Below are positions 9,479 to 18,143 of a stretch of DNA of 19,251 nt, piece by piece (position 1 is the stretch's first letter; each line of letters starts with the position of its first letter). Below the pieces are notes generated by a model. It was not told where the DNA came from. It worked only from the letters and a program-made list of their open reading frames with translations, and made no database searches. Origin of the DNA: an uncultured Methanoregulaceae archaeon. GTDB lineage: Archaea > Halobacteriota > Methanomicrobia > Methanomicrobiales > Methanospirillaceae. The stretch lies in the NCBI GenBank assembly GCA_963737635.1, contig CAVTTL010000004.1, positions 1 through 19,251 on the forward strand. The letters are read 5' to 3'. The position numbers were made by a program, and so were the translations under genes.

Positions 9479-10240
9479 TCACATCTTCCTGAACCAGAAA
9501 CAACCGCAACCATAAGTACATTGTTCTGTCAATTTTGGATCGGCATTTTCAATAAAGTCATGCAGCTTTGAATTGTTTGGGATTAAGGAATATTCAACCA
9601 GGTTCAAATCCTTAAATGCAGTAATTATTTGATTGTAGGTATAGATCCTATGAGCATTAAACATAATTTTTGCATCTTTGCCTACAGGGACTACAAACAG
9701 CAGATTCCCCCCGGGCGATAAGACTCTTTTTAATTCCGCAATTGCTTTTAAATCGCCATTTGGATCAAGGGGATCACCATACCGCCCAAGACCGATATGT
9801 TCTACAGTATGCATACACGAAAGTGATTGGAGGGAGTTATCACCAAATGGGAGAGAGGTAATATCTGCATGATCAGAAGTAAGATTGGATAAATACAGAT
9901 TGGCAGGCCTATAGTCATAAAATTTTACGGGAATAAAAGCCGATACCATTGTACAAAAATGCAGGGATGAGGAGATATCAACGTGGCAGTCAGGTTTTGT
10001 TTTCGCAAGTATTCTGGCTGCCCAGGCTGGGTGGTAAACATAGTGGCGATCAAAGGTCGTGATACTAGTATTGTCATTGAGACAGGGGTACCGATCGTGC
10101 CATGAAAGCGGAAATCTCTGTTGATGTTTGCCTGATAAATGGTAAAATGTCCGGTAATCACTGATAAATTTGAGATATCGATACGGCGCCCTGATCATAT
10201 TGAAAAGATTGCTGTTATTGATAAAATTCCTGATCTTCAT
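9479..10240 (-). CDS. DUF268-type methyltransferase-fold protein, 253 aa
   Basis: FDRHYVYHPAWAAR, HVDISS, YDYRP and ADITSLPF...SLSCMHTVEHIGLGRYGDPLDP..DLKAIAELKRVL, recognised from memory as the DUF268 pattern common in glycan clusters. Confidence 0.8.
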   Translation of the reverse strand: MKIRNFINNSNLFNMIRAPYRYLKFISDYRTFYHLSGKHQQRFPLSWHDRYPCLNDNTSITTFDRHYVYHPAWAARILAKTKPDCHVDISSSLHFCTMVSAFIPVKFYDYRPANLYLSNLTSDHADITSLPFGDNSLQSLSCMHTVEHIGLGRYGDPLDPNGDLKAIAELKRVLSPGGNLLFVVPVGKDAKIMFNAHRIYTYNQIITAFKDLNLVEYSLIPNNSKLHDFIENADPKLTEQCTYGCGCFWFRKM

Positions 10241-10255
10241 GGGTCCTACCCTAAT

Positions 10256-10963
10256 CTAAACGATCCTGTTAATCCATTTCTCCTTATCGACAAAGATGGT
10301 ATTTATGTAGGTGTCAGCATAGTTCAGATATCCTGCCCTCTCCATGAGGCTGATGATCTCAGTATTTTTCACTTCCTGATTTTTGGATGAATAACTAAGC
10401 GTCTCTATACAAAAGATTTCAGGACGACTCTGATCAAAATCAAAACTCCGGATTATCTGGAGGTCCAATCCCCCAGCATCAAGAGAGATGAATGAGGGGC
10501 CTGTTTTCAGATGCGTTTTAATGATATCATTTACCGAAAATAAAGGGACCTTTATTACGCGTTCTATCTTTTGATTCCCTTCATTTACATATGCTTCGGC
10601 AGTCTCTTTTGAGAATGTGTTCAATGAGCGGGATGTCAGGATATAAAAATCGGCAAGATCCTGATTATCGACCCCGATTCCAATGTTGAGACAAATATCA
10701 CGGGGTCGGGCATTCCGAATTTTGGCGAATGACTCCGGATCGGGTTCTATGCAGACGCCATGCATTTTTTTTTGGTAAAATAGGTAGGTATTATTCAAAA
10801 AGACCGGATGATGAGCCCCAATATCCAGATAGGTGGGGTGCTCTATTTTTAAGGAATACAGTAAGAAATCAACAATAAGATCTTCGCCGCATTGCGAGTA
10901 ACTGGTTTTTTTATATCTGTTCGTAAACCGATCCAACATCGAATTAAACATATTTCTCATCAT
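10256..10963 (-). CDS. FkbM-family (Methyltransf_21) methyltransferase
   Basis: SYSQCGED, YLDIGAHHP...NNTYLFY, GVCIEP and RPEIFCIE. ATG 10963 overlaps the wzt TGA (ATGA), so it is preferred over 10975. Confidence 0.85.
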   Translation of the reverse strand: MMRNMFNSMLDRFTNRYKKTSYSQCGEDLIVDFLLYSLKIEHPTYLDIGAHHPVFLNNTYLFYQKKMHGVCIEPDPESFAKIRNARPRDICLNIGIGVDNQDLADFYILTSRSLNTFSKETAEAYVNEGNQKIERVIKVPLFSVNDIIKTHLKTGPSFISLDAGGLDLQIIRSFDFDQSRPEIFCIETLSYSSKNQEVKNTEIISLMERAGYLNYADTYINTIFVDKEKWINRIV

Positions 10964-12240
10964 TTTATCTCCCATTGAATTACCGGTGCCAAAAGTCCCG
11001 GTCTTTTAATCATCCAGTAAGGAGAGTCACTTAACCCCCCGCGAATTTCCAAGAAAATTGTAGGAACTGTTTTTCCCGGTTCGAAAAACCATTTCCTATA
11101 ATGTAATCCACCGAGCAATTCAATCCTGTAAGATCCTTCATTTAAGAGTCGCTTAGGTAGCTTGCTCATTAAAATGTTTAACCCGATTTTCAAAGGTTTC
11201 CAACATTCTTCGGGAGCATCAGTGGGGTAAGACCAGTAGAGTAGTACTCCTTCGTCATTGTAAATTGCATACCCAACGGTCAAGGAAGAATCGATTTCTT
11301 GTATATGACCCTCAATTTTCACGAATATTTCATCATTATTACTTACAGGATTTTGAATAGTTTTTCCATTTTTGTTAACAAGACTGAATTTTGTTGGTTT
11401 AAATTCGGCGTTATTGTATTCATCGTTGCAGTTTATCCATTCAGTCACATTCTCTTCTGCAGAAGGTTCGAATAAATATAACGATATTATTGAACGCACA
11501 TCTGAACCTTGTATCCGGATTTTGCCACTATCTAAAAGAACACATGATTTACACAATTGTTCAACCGCGTTCATGTTATGACTCACAAACAATACTGTTC
11601 GCCCCTCCTTTGCCACATCGCCCATTTTTCCCAAGCATTTTTTCTGAAATGCCGCATCTCCAACGGCCAGCACCTCGTCTACCAGCAAAATTTCAGGTTC
11701 CAGATGTGCTGCCACTGCAAACGCCAACCGCACATACATCCCGCTGGAATACCTTTTCACCGGGGTATCAAGAAATTTTTCAATCTCAGAAAACTTTACA
11801 ATCTCATCGAGTTTTGACTCGATTTCCCGCCGTTTCATCCCCAGAATAGAACCGGATAAAAAAATATTCTCACGGCCAGTCAATTCCGGATGAAACCCGG
11901 TCCCGACTTCCAGCAAAGAGCCCACTCTCCCGTGCAGCTCAATCGATCCCTCAGTCGGCGCTGTAATCCGTGACAGAATCTTCAGCAGCGTTGATTTCCC
12001 CGCACCATTCCTCCCGATGATGCCGACAATTTCGCCCCGCTCCACATCAAATGACACATCTTTCAGTGCCCAGAACCCCTCATCGGCTGGCGCCCGGTGA
12101 ACTCGCTTGAACGGGGCCTTCACCGAATTCACAATAGTATCGCGGAGCGTGAGATATTGTTCCTGCGGTCCGCCAATCTGGTATTTCTTGCCGAGATGGC
12201 TGACACGGATAGCGATGTTATCGGTTGACAGGGAATTCAC
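10960..12240 (-). CDS. wzt: Polysaccharide ABC exporter ATP-binding subunit (Wzt/RfbB/TagH-like) with a C-terminal Wzt_C-like domain, 426 aa
   Basis: FWALKDVSF, Walker A GRNGAGKST, LLEVGTGFHPELTGREN, signature YSSGMYVRLAF, Walker B ILLVDEVLAVGD and H-loop VSHN, followed by a ~170-aa C-terminal extension. GTG start. Confidence 0.93.
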   Translation of the reverse strand: MNSLSTDNIAIRVSHLGKKYQIGGPQEQYLTLRDTIVNSVKAPFKRVHRAPADEGFWALKDVSFDVERGEIVGIIGRNGAGKSTLLKILSRITAPTEGSIELHGRVGSLLEVGTGFHPELTGRENIFLSGSILGMKRREIESKLDEIVKFSEIEKFLDTPVKRYSSGMYVRLAFAVAAHLEPEILLVDEVLAVGDAAFQKKCLGKMGDVAKEGRTVLFVSHNMNAVEQLCKSCVLLDSGKIRIQGSDVRSIISLYLFEPSAEENVTEWINCNDEYNNAEFKPTKFSLVNKNGKTIQNPVSNNDEIFVKIEGHIQEIDSSLTVGYAIYNDEGVLLYWSYPTDAPEECWKPLKIGLNILMSKLPKRLLNEGSYRIELLGGLHYRKWFFEPGKTVPTIFLEIRGGLSDSPYWMIKRPGLLAPVIQWEIK

Positions 12241-12373
12241 TCCGTTATTGATACACTATATCGCATTTCAATTCTAGGAAATATAATGAGAAAACGGATT
12301 CATAAGAAAATCAATTATTGTGATAAACTCGTGAATCCTTTTCACAATTACCATACCATTTTGTTATTTACCG

Positions 12374-13303
12374 TTAATGAACATTCTGAAGATACCACTG
12401 AACATATATTCTGACACCCTCCTGTATTGAAACTCTGGGCTTCCATCCAAGTTCCGCTTCCGCATTCCGTATATCTGCCAAGGTATCTTTAACATCTCCT
12501 TTTTGTTGCTCTACAAACTGGAGTTTTCCAGACTTCTTGCAGTTCTTTTCAAGTTCACGTATCAACTCATTGACGGTAATCCGGCTCCCGCCCCCAATAT
12601 TGAATACAGATCCTGGAATACCTGAATCTGCTGCTTTCAGGTTTGCGGCAACAATGTCTGACACATACGTAAAATCCCGTGTCTGGGTACCGTCTCCATA
12701 AAGAGTAATCGGTTTTCCGTTCAGGATTGCCGTTACAAACTTGTTGATTGCCATATCCGGTCGCTGGCGGGGACCGTAGACAGTAAAATACCGAAGTGAA
12801 ACTGTTGGCAACCCAAAATTTTTCCAGTATAAATAGCACAGATGTTCTGCGGCAAGCTTTGTAACCCCATATGGGGAAACTGGTTGCAGCCGCATGTCTT
12901 CCTTCATGGGAAGCGGAACATCCCCGTATACGGATGATGATGATGAATAGACAAACTTTTTCAGGTTTTTATCTTTGTAGTACTCAAGAAGTTGCTGTGT
13001 TGCCTCGACATTGTTTCGGGTATAGATGGAGAAATCCGATCCCCACGAGGCCCGCACCCCTGCCTGAGCCGCCAGGTGAAAAACCACATCAACCTCTGGG
13101 TATGTGGTTAGCTCCAGGAGGTCTTTGTTCACAAATACGAAATGAGAATTTTCTGAGGCGTCTGCCACATTCTCTCTCTTAATGCATTCTGGATAATAAT
13201 CGGTAAAACAGTCAATCCCTATGACATCATGCCCGTCTTTCAACAACTGATCGGTCAGGTTACTACCAATAAATCCCGCGCAACCGGTAACAAGACACTT
13301 CAT
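12374..13303 (-). CDS. NAD-dependent nucleotide-sugar 4-epimerase (UDP-glucuronate/UDP-glucose 4-epimerase-like), 309 aa
   Basis: VTGCAGFIGS, HLAAQAGVRAS, SSSSVYG, YGVTK and LRYFTVYGPRQRPDMA; AGVR and RPDM are typical of the UDP-GlcA epimerase-like group. ATGA overlap with galU. Confidence 0.88.
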   Translation of the reverse strand: MKCLVTGCAGFIGSNLTDQLLKDGHDVIGIDCFTDYYPECIKRENVADASENSHFVFVNKDLLELTTYPEVDVVFHLAAQAGVRASWGSDFSIYTRNNVEATQQLLEYYKDKNLKKFVYSSSSSVYGDVPLPMKEDMRLQPVSPYGVTKLAAEHLCYLYWKNFGLPTVSLRYFTVYGPRQRPDMAINKFVTAILNGKPITLYGDGTQTRDFTYVSDIVAANLKAADSGIPGSVFNIGGGSRITVNELIRELEKNCKKSGKLQFVEQQKGDVKDTLADIRNAEAELGWKPRVSIQEGVRIYVQWYLQNVH

Positions 13304-14178
13304 GAACCAATCCTTCTCTGTAGATATTCCTTCATCTCTTCCTTTAAGTGTGGATCCCGGAGCGCAAAATCGATAATTGTTTCAATATACCCCAGTTTAT
13401 CCCCGGTATCATAACGTTTTCCTTGAAATTTGTAAGCATACACCGGGTGATCTTTAAGGAGAATGTGAATCGCATCAGTCAGCTGGATTTCATTTCCCAC
13501 ACCGGGGTGAGTATTCTTCAGACAGTCAAAGATCTCCGGGACAAATATGTACCGGCCAACAGCGCCCATATCCGAAGGTGCGTTTTCCGGTGCGGGTTTT
13601 TCAACAATATCTTCAATCCGGATAAGATTAGGTTCGATTGCTTTTCCCTTAATGATACCATAACTGCAGACTTTTTCATGCGGTACATGCTCAATCGAGA
13701 TCACCGACGATTTAAATCGTGAATATACAGACATAATCTGTGCCGTGCAGGGTTTTGAATTAGAGATAATATCGTCCCCGAGTAGCACGGCAAACGGCTC
13801 GTTCCCGATATGTTTCTCCGCTTTGAGAATTGCATCCCCGAGGCCGTTGGGCTCTTTCTGACGGACATACTGGATGTCGGGAAACTCGGCAATTTTCTTC
13901 AGGCTTTTGAGTGCCTCCTCTTTGTGCTGTGCCTTCAGTCGCATCTCAAGTTCCGGTGCTGCATCAAAATAATCTTCAATTGCCCGTTTTCCCCTGCCGG
14001 TGATAATGATGATATCATCAATACCGGAGTTCACCGCTTCTTCAACAACGTAATGGATGGCCGGTTTGTCGATGATCGGCAGCATCTCTTTAGGCATCGA
14101 TTTTGTAACCGGAAGAAAGCGGGTACCCAGTCCAGCTGCAGGAATAACCGCTTTACGTACAGTTTGTTCTTTTTTCAT
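13300..14178 (-). CDS. galU: UTP--glucose-1-phosphate uridylyltransferase
   Basis: KAVIPAAGLGTRFLPVTKSMPKEMLP, RQKEPNGLGDAI, VLLGDD, VEKP, GNEIQLTDAI and RYDTGDKLGY. Confidence 0.95.
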   Translation of the reverse strand: MKKEQTVRKAVIPAAGLGTRFLPVTKSMPKEMLPIIDKPAIHYVVEEAVNSGIDDIIIITGRGKRAIEDYFDAAPELEMRLKAQHKEEALKSLKKIAEFPDIQYVRQKEPNGLGDAILKAEKHIGNEPFAVLLGDDIISNSKPCTAQIMSVYSRFKSSVISIEHVPHEKVCSYGIIKGKAIEPNLIRIEDIVEKPAPENAPSDMGAVGRYIFVPEIFDCLKNTHPGVGNEIQLTDAIHILLKDHPVYAYKFQGKRYDTGDKLGYIETIIDFALRDPHLKEEMKEYLQRRIGS

Positions 14179-14214
14179 GTTATCTCCGGAATTTGGTCAT
14201 GGAATGATAACTTG

Positions 14215-15486
14215 CTACCAGCATATACCCTCAACACCTTTACGGGTAAGAATTCTCCGCCCTTCAATAATAACCGGCTGTGTCATCAAATCGAATTCCT
14301 TATCAAGCCGGGAAAATTCAGGCCACTCGGTCATCACCAGACATCCTTCAGCACCTCGAAGGGCATCGGCGGCAGATGATGCATACTCAAGGGAAGGGAA
14401 TACTTTCTGCATTGCGGGACCGGCCATGGGATCATAGGCTGCAACCTGCGCACCTTTATCGAGGAGCTCCTGGATCACCGGGATCGCACGCGAGTCGCGG
14501 ATATCATCAGTGTTATCCTTGAACGCCAACCCAAGAACTGCAATGCGTTTGCCGGTAAGCGTACCGATCCTTTTTTTGAGAAGTGATATCATCCGGTCCG
14601 GTTGTTGTTCGTTGACCTCTAGAACGGATCGCAGCAGGACCGGGTTTTCACCGGCCTCTTTTGCAAGGGAAACAAGTGCAGAGACATCTTTTGGGAAACA
14701 GCTTCCCCCGAATCCTGCTCCTGCATTCAGAAACAACGGCCCGATGCGGGGATCGAGCCCCACCCCTTTCATCACTTCATAGACATCAATGTTCAGGTTT
14801 TTACAGATATTCCCGATTTCGTTGGAGAATGAAATTTTGGTGGCAAGGAACGCATTTGAGGTGTACTTGATCATCTCAGCTGCAGAAAGCCCCGTGCGGA
14901 TGACCGGTACTGTAAGATTCCGGTACACTTCCGCAACACGCTTGCCTGCACGCGGGTCGCTGCTCCCAATCACAATCCGGTCCGGGTGCATGAAATCCTC
15001 AACAGCCTGCCCTTCCCGGAGAAACTCGGGATTCATCGCAAAGCCGATCTCTTTTTCGGTTTTACCGGATGCCATGAGAACCGCAGGCCGTACAATTTTC
15101 TCTGTGGTACCCGGGGGAACAGTACTTTTTACAACAACAACGCAATAAGGGAAGGTGTTTTTTAACGATTCGCCGATCGACGTGCTCGCGGATTCTATAT
15201 ACGAAAGGTTCGCGCTACCACCCGGTTTTGGTGGAGTACCCACACTGATAAAGACGATTTCCGCTGATGTAACAGATTCATACCCGGTACTCGCGTGGAT
15301 TCTTTTGCCGGCATTCTGTTTGAGCAGGTCCTCCAGACCATTTTCAAAGATCGGAGGCTTCCCGTTGTTGATCGCCCGGACCTTCTCCGGATCGATCTCG
15401 ATGAGGGTAACCTCGTGCCCAAGTTCTGCAAAACAGGTTCCCGTCACGAGACCGACATATCCCCCGCCCACAACGGAAATTTTCAT
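14215..15486 (-). CDS. ugd: UDP-glucose 6-dehydrogenase (Ugd/AglM-like)
   Basis: GGGYVGL, VGTP, KSTVPPGT, NPEFLREG, AEMIKYTSNAFLATKISF, catalytic GFGGSCFPKD and GLAFKDNTDDIRDS. Confidence 0.93.
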   Translation of the reverse strand: MKISVVGGGYVGLVTGTCFAELGHEVTLIEIDPEKVRAINNGKPPIFENGLEDLLKQNAGKRIHASTGYESVTSAEIVFISVGTPPKPGGSANLSYIESASTSIGESLKNTFPYCVVVVKSTVPPGTTEKIVRPAVLMASGKTEKEIGFAMNPEFLREGQAVEDFMHPDRIVIGSSDPRAGKRVAEVYRNLTVPVIRTGLSAAEMIKYTSNAFLATKISFSNEIGNICKNLNIDVYEVMKGVGLDPRIGPLFLNAGAGFGGSCFPKDVSALVSLAKEAGENPVLLRSVLEVNEQQPDRMISLLKKRIGTLTGKRIAVLGLAFKDNTDDIRDSRAIPVIQELLDKGAQVAAYDPMAGPAMQKVFPSLEYASSAADALRGAEGCLVMTEWPEFSRLDKEFDLMTQPVIIEGRRILTRKGVEGICW

Positions 15487-15492
15487 GGAAAT

Positions 15493-15750
15493 TCAGTACC
15501 CCTGATTCCCTTGTGATCCGGCACCATCCCGCCCGATAATCCCGACAACCTTGCCGGGCTCCACTACAAACGATATATCCTTCAAATCCTGGAACCCTTC
15601 TACAAGCGGTTTCTTGTGAAACACTTTCATCGGAGCCTTGAGTGCACTGACAACCGCATCGCGGAGCGTATGATATGATTCCTGCGGGCCGCCAATCTGG
15701 TATTTCTTGCCGATATGGCTGACGCGGATGGCAATATTATCGGATGACAT
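15493..15750 (-). pseudogene. Truncated wzt paralog (85 aa N-terminal stub broken inside Walker A)
   Basis: By hand alignment, 53 of 78 residues are identical to the N-terminus of the intact Wzt. Walker A GRNGAGKST becomes GRDGAG followed by an unrelated SQGNQGY and a stop, and FWAL becomes FQDL. Confidence 0.9.
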
Positions 15751-15790
15751 ACTTCAACAAATTCGGTCGGTTGTTTTCAATAAACCGAAG

Positions 15791-17038
15791 TTACAACCGG
15801 TAACAGGAAATTCCTTTCTCTTCTGCAGCAGTCTTGTCTATCATTCCACGGACATCAACAAGGACCGGTGAGGCATTCATCAGGTTGCGGATGCGTTCAA
15901 GAGACATCGAACGGAATCCATCATGTGCAACAGCAATGATAATTGCATCCACTTTTTTATCAAGGTTCGGAAGCGGTGTTGCACCGAATCTCTGAATCAC
16001 GCTGTCGGGAAGGAGGGGATCATACCCATATACCGTTACGCCAAACTCTTTTAATTCCTTTACCATCTCTTCAACAGGGGATTCACGGATATCGGGAACA
16101 TTTTCCTTGTAGGTCAGGCCCATGATCAGAACGCTTGAACTCCGGATAACTTTCCCTGCGTTATTCAGCCCCTTGACCGCCATGTCAGCGACATATTTTG
16201 GCATGGAATCATTAATTGCACGGCCTGCGAGAATCACCTGAGGATGGTACCCGAATTCCTGCGCACGGGCAACAAGATAGTACGGATCGACGGGGATGCA
16301 ATGCCCCCCAACGAGACCCGGTGTAAAATGCATAAAATTCCATTTCGTGCCGGCAGCTTCTAAAACCTCATCCGTATTGATGCCGAGCCGGTGGAAGATA
16401 ACCGTAAATTCATTCATCAGCGCGATATTAAGATCCCGTTGGATATTCTCAATCACCTTTGCTGCTTCGGCAACCTGAATACTTCTGGCACGATATACCG
16501 TTGTAACGTTCCCGTACAGGCTGGCGAGATCCTCAAGAGTCTCATCATCCATGCCGGCGACAATCTTGGTGATCTTTGAGAGCTCATGCGCATCATCACC
16601 GGGGTTAATTCGCTCGGGGGAATATCCCATCCGGAACCCTTCACCGCATTTCATACCCGATTCTTTCTCAAGGATGGGACGGACGATCTCATCGGTTACA
16701 CCCGGGTAAACCGTGGATTCAAGAACAACGGTTGCCCCTTTTTTCAGGTTTCTGCCTGCAGTTTCCACGGCGCCGCGAACTGGCGAAAGATCGGGTTGCT
16801 TGTTTTTTGTCACGGGTGTCGGGACGCAAATCAGGATATAATCCGCTTTGTGGATATCCCGGGGATTACTGGTTGCATGAATTTTAGATTTCGATTTCTG
16901 TATCTGTTCGATCCTGTGCTGATCAATATCAAAGCCAATGGTTTCCATGTGCTGTGCAAAGGCTTCCGCAAGGGGATAACCAACATACCCAAGACCGATT
17001 ACGCATACGGTCACGTTGTCATTTTTTCCTGATACCAT
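15791..17038 (-). CDS. UDP-N-acetylhexosamine 6-dehydrogenase (WbpO/TviB-like)
   Basis: IGLGYVG, CVPTP, ESTVYPG, YSPERINPGD, VAEAAKVIENIQRDLNIA, AAGTKWNF, PGLVGGHCIPVDPYYL and GLTYKENVPDIRES. Confidence 0.92.
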   Translation of the reverse strand: MVSGKNDNVTVCVIGLGYVGYPLAEAFAQHMETIGFDIDQHRIEQIQKSKSKIHATSNPRDIHKADYILICVPTPVTKNKQPDLSPVRGAVETAGRNLKKGATVVLESTVYPGVTDEIVRPILEKESGMKCGEGFRMGYSPERINPGDDAHELSKITKIVAGMDDETLEDLASLYGNVTTVYRARSIQVAEAAKVIENIQRDLNIALMNEFTVIFHRLGINTDEVLEAAGTKWNFMHFTPGLVGGHCIPVDPYYLVARAQEFGYHPQVILAGRAINDSMPKYVADMAVKGLNNAGKVIRSSSVLIMGLTYKENVPDIRESPVEEMVKELKEFGVTVYGYDPLLPDSVIQRFGATPLPNLDKKVDAIIIAVAHDGFRSMSLERIRNLMNASPVLVDVRGMIDKTAAEEKGISCYRL

Positions 17039-17949
17039 GGTATTGTCTCCTGTAATCCTGTTTTCACCGTATACCGGGGCATATACCCGAACGCCTCGCG
17101 GGCCCGGGAGCTATCGGCAAGAGAATCATGAATATCCCCGGGGCGTGGCGGCTCGTAGATCGGCGTTGTCCTGATTCCCGTAATACTCATAATGAGATCT
17201 GCGAGAGAATTAAGATCGATCTGCTGGCCGTAGGCAATGTTGTATACTCCTTCAGCCGGGCTCTCCATCGCCCGGATATTTGCCTCCGCGACATCTTTCA
17301 CGTAGGTAAAGTCCCGGGTCTGCGTCCCGTCTCCATAGATAACCGGGCGTTCGTGTGCGAGGATGCGGGTGATGAATTTCGGGATCACCGCTGCATAATC
17401 AGATTTCGGATCCTGCCGCGGACCAAAGACGTTGAAATAACGGAACGATAGGGTCTTCAGACCATAAAGTTCAGAGAAAACCTTGAGGTACTCTTCACCA
17501 GCGTGTTTCGATACCGCGTAGGGAGATTTCGGACTGGGACTCATGGACTCCGTTTTGGGAAGGGTCGGGGTGTCGCCATACACCGATGAGGAGGACGCAA
17601 AAACCACTTTTTTCACGCCGGCATCGCGTGCCGCTACAAGTACATTGAGCGTACCAGTAACATTAGCCTCACTAGTCGCAACAGGATTTTTCACTGAACG
17701 TGAAACCGACGCAATCGCCGCTTCATGAAATATTCCATCCACGGATTCACACGCGGTTTTGAGCGTTTCCGGATCGGTAATGCTTCCCTGAATAACGCGA
17801 ATTTTTTTATTGCCCTCAAGGTGGGAAATATTTTCATTCCTACCGGAAAAAAAATTGTCGAGAATGATTACCTCATGACTTGCATCGGATAGATTATCAA
17901 CGATATGGGAGCCGATAAATCCGGCACCACCTGTGACGAGATATTTCAT
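17011..17949 (-). CDS. UDP-GlcNAc(A) 4-epimerase (WbpP/TviC-like extended SDR), 312 aa
   Basis: VTGGAGFIGS, HEAAIASVSRSV, ASSSSVYG, SPYAVSK and RYFNVFGPRQDP.SDYAAVIPKF. It is adjacent to the WbpO-like gene (28-bp overlap), with a GAGGT ribosome-binding-like motif upstream. Confidence 0.88.
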   Translation of the reverse strand: MKYLVTGGAGFIGSHIVDNLSDASHEVIILDNFFSGRNENISHLEGNKKIRVIQGSITDPETLKTACESVDGIFHEAAIASVSRSVKNPVATSEANVTGTLNVLVAARDAGVKKVVFASSSSVYGDTPTLPKTESMSPSPKSPYAVSKHAGEEYLKVFSELYGLKTLSFRYFNVFGPRQDPKSDYAAVIPKFITRILAHERPVIYGDGTQTRDFTYVKDVAEANIRAMESPAEGVYNIAYGQQIDLNSLADLIMSITGIRTTPIYEPPRPGDIHDSLADSSRAREAFGYMPRYTVKTGLQETIPWYQEKMTT

Positions 17950-18048
17950 AAGATCTACCTCATTGATCTGATTCGGATTGTAATAAGGGATTCCATAAAT
18001 ATACAGTAATTGTGGGATATCAGCGACTCAAAATGTGTTTTAAAAACT

Positions 18049-18080
18049 CTGACGTGGATGGCGGGAGGATTGGACGACAT
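18049..18080 (-). pseudogene. Minimal wzt 5' remnant (MSSNPPAIHV), continuing as an unrelated 41-aa frame to TAG at 17955
   Basis: ATG TCG TCC AAT CCT CCC GCC ATC CAC GTC AG aligns with ATG TCA TCC GAT AAT ATT GCC ATC CGC GTC AG at 15750 and with the 19047 copy. Confidence 0.75.
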
Positions 18081-18143
18081 AAGGATGAGAGTTCCTGTGA
18101 TCCTGTAATGGTATGCGATAATGATGAATTAAAGTTTCATCTG
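18049..18143. repeat. ~95-bp direct repeat, copy A (PIN stop codon, intergenic leader and first ~10 codons of wzt)
   Basis: ctgacgtggatggcgggaggattggacgacataaggatgagagttcctgtgatcctgtaatggtatgcgataatgatgaattaaagtttcatctg matches 19017-19110 at 89 of 95 positions (5 mismatches, 1 gap; hand alignment). Confidence 0.95.

Noticed and set aside
10765-10773. A9 tract in the FkbM gene (also 8-nt A/T runs near 1540, 5142, 6510 and 17847) as phase-variation switches
   Set aside because: All genes are in frame, runs of this length are expected in AT-rich Lys/Phe codons, and there is no evidence of length variation.
12317-12348. Inverted repeat attgtga-N18-tcacaat in the intergenic region upstream of wzt
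   Set aside because: A 7-bp arm in AT-rich DNA can arise by chance, and there is no second copy or regulator gene in the window.
15748-15797. attC-like look of the 40-bp spacer after the WbpO-like gene (minus strand TAAC...hairpin tcggtt/aaccga...GTTGAAG)
   Set aside because: It is too short for an attC site, the core sites match RYYYAAC/GTTRRRY poorly, it is not repeated at other module junctions, and no integrase is present. At most it is a weak hairpin.
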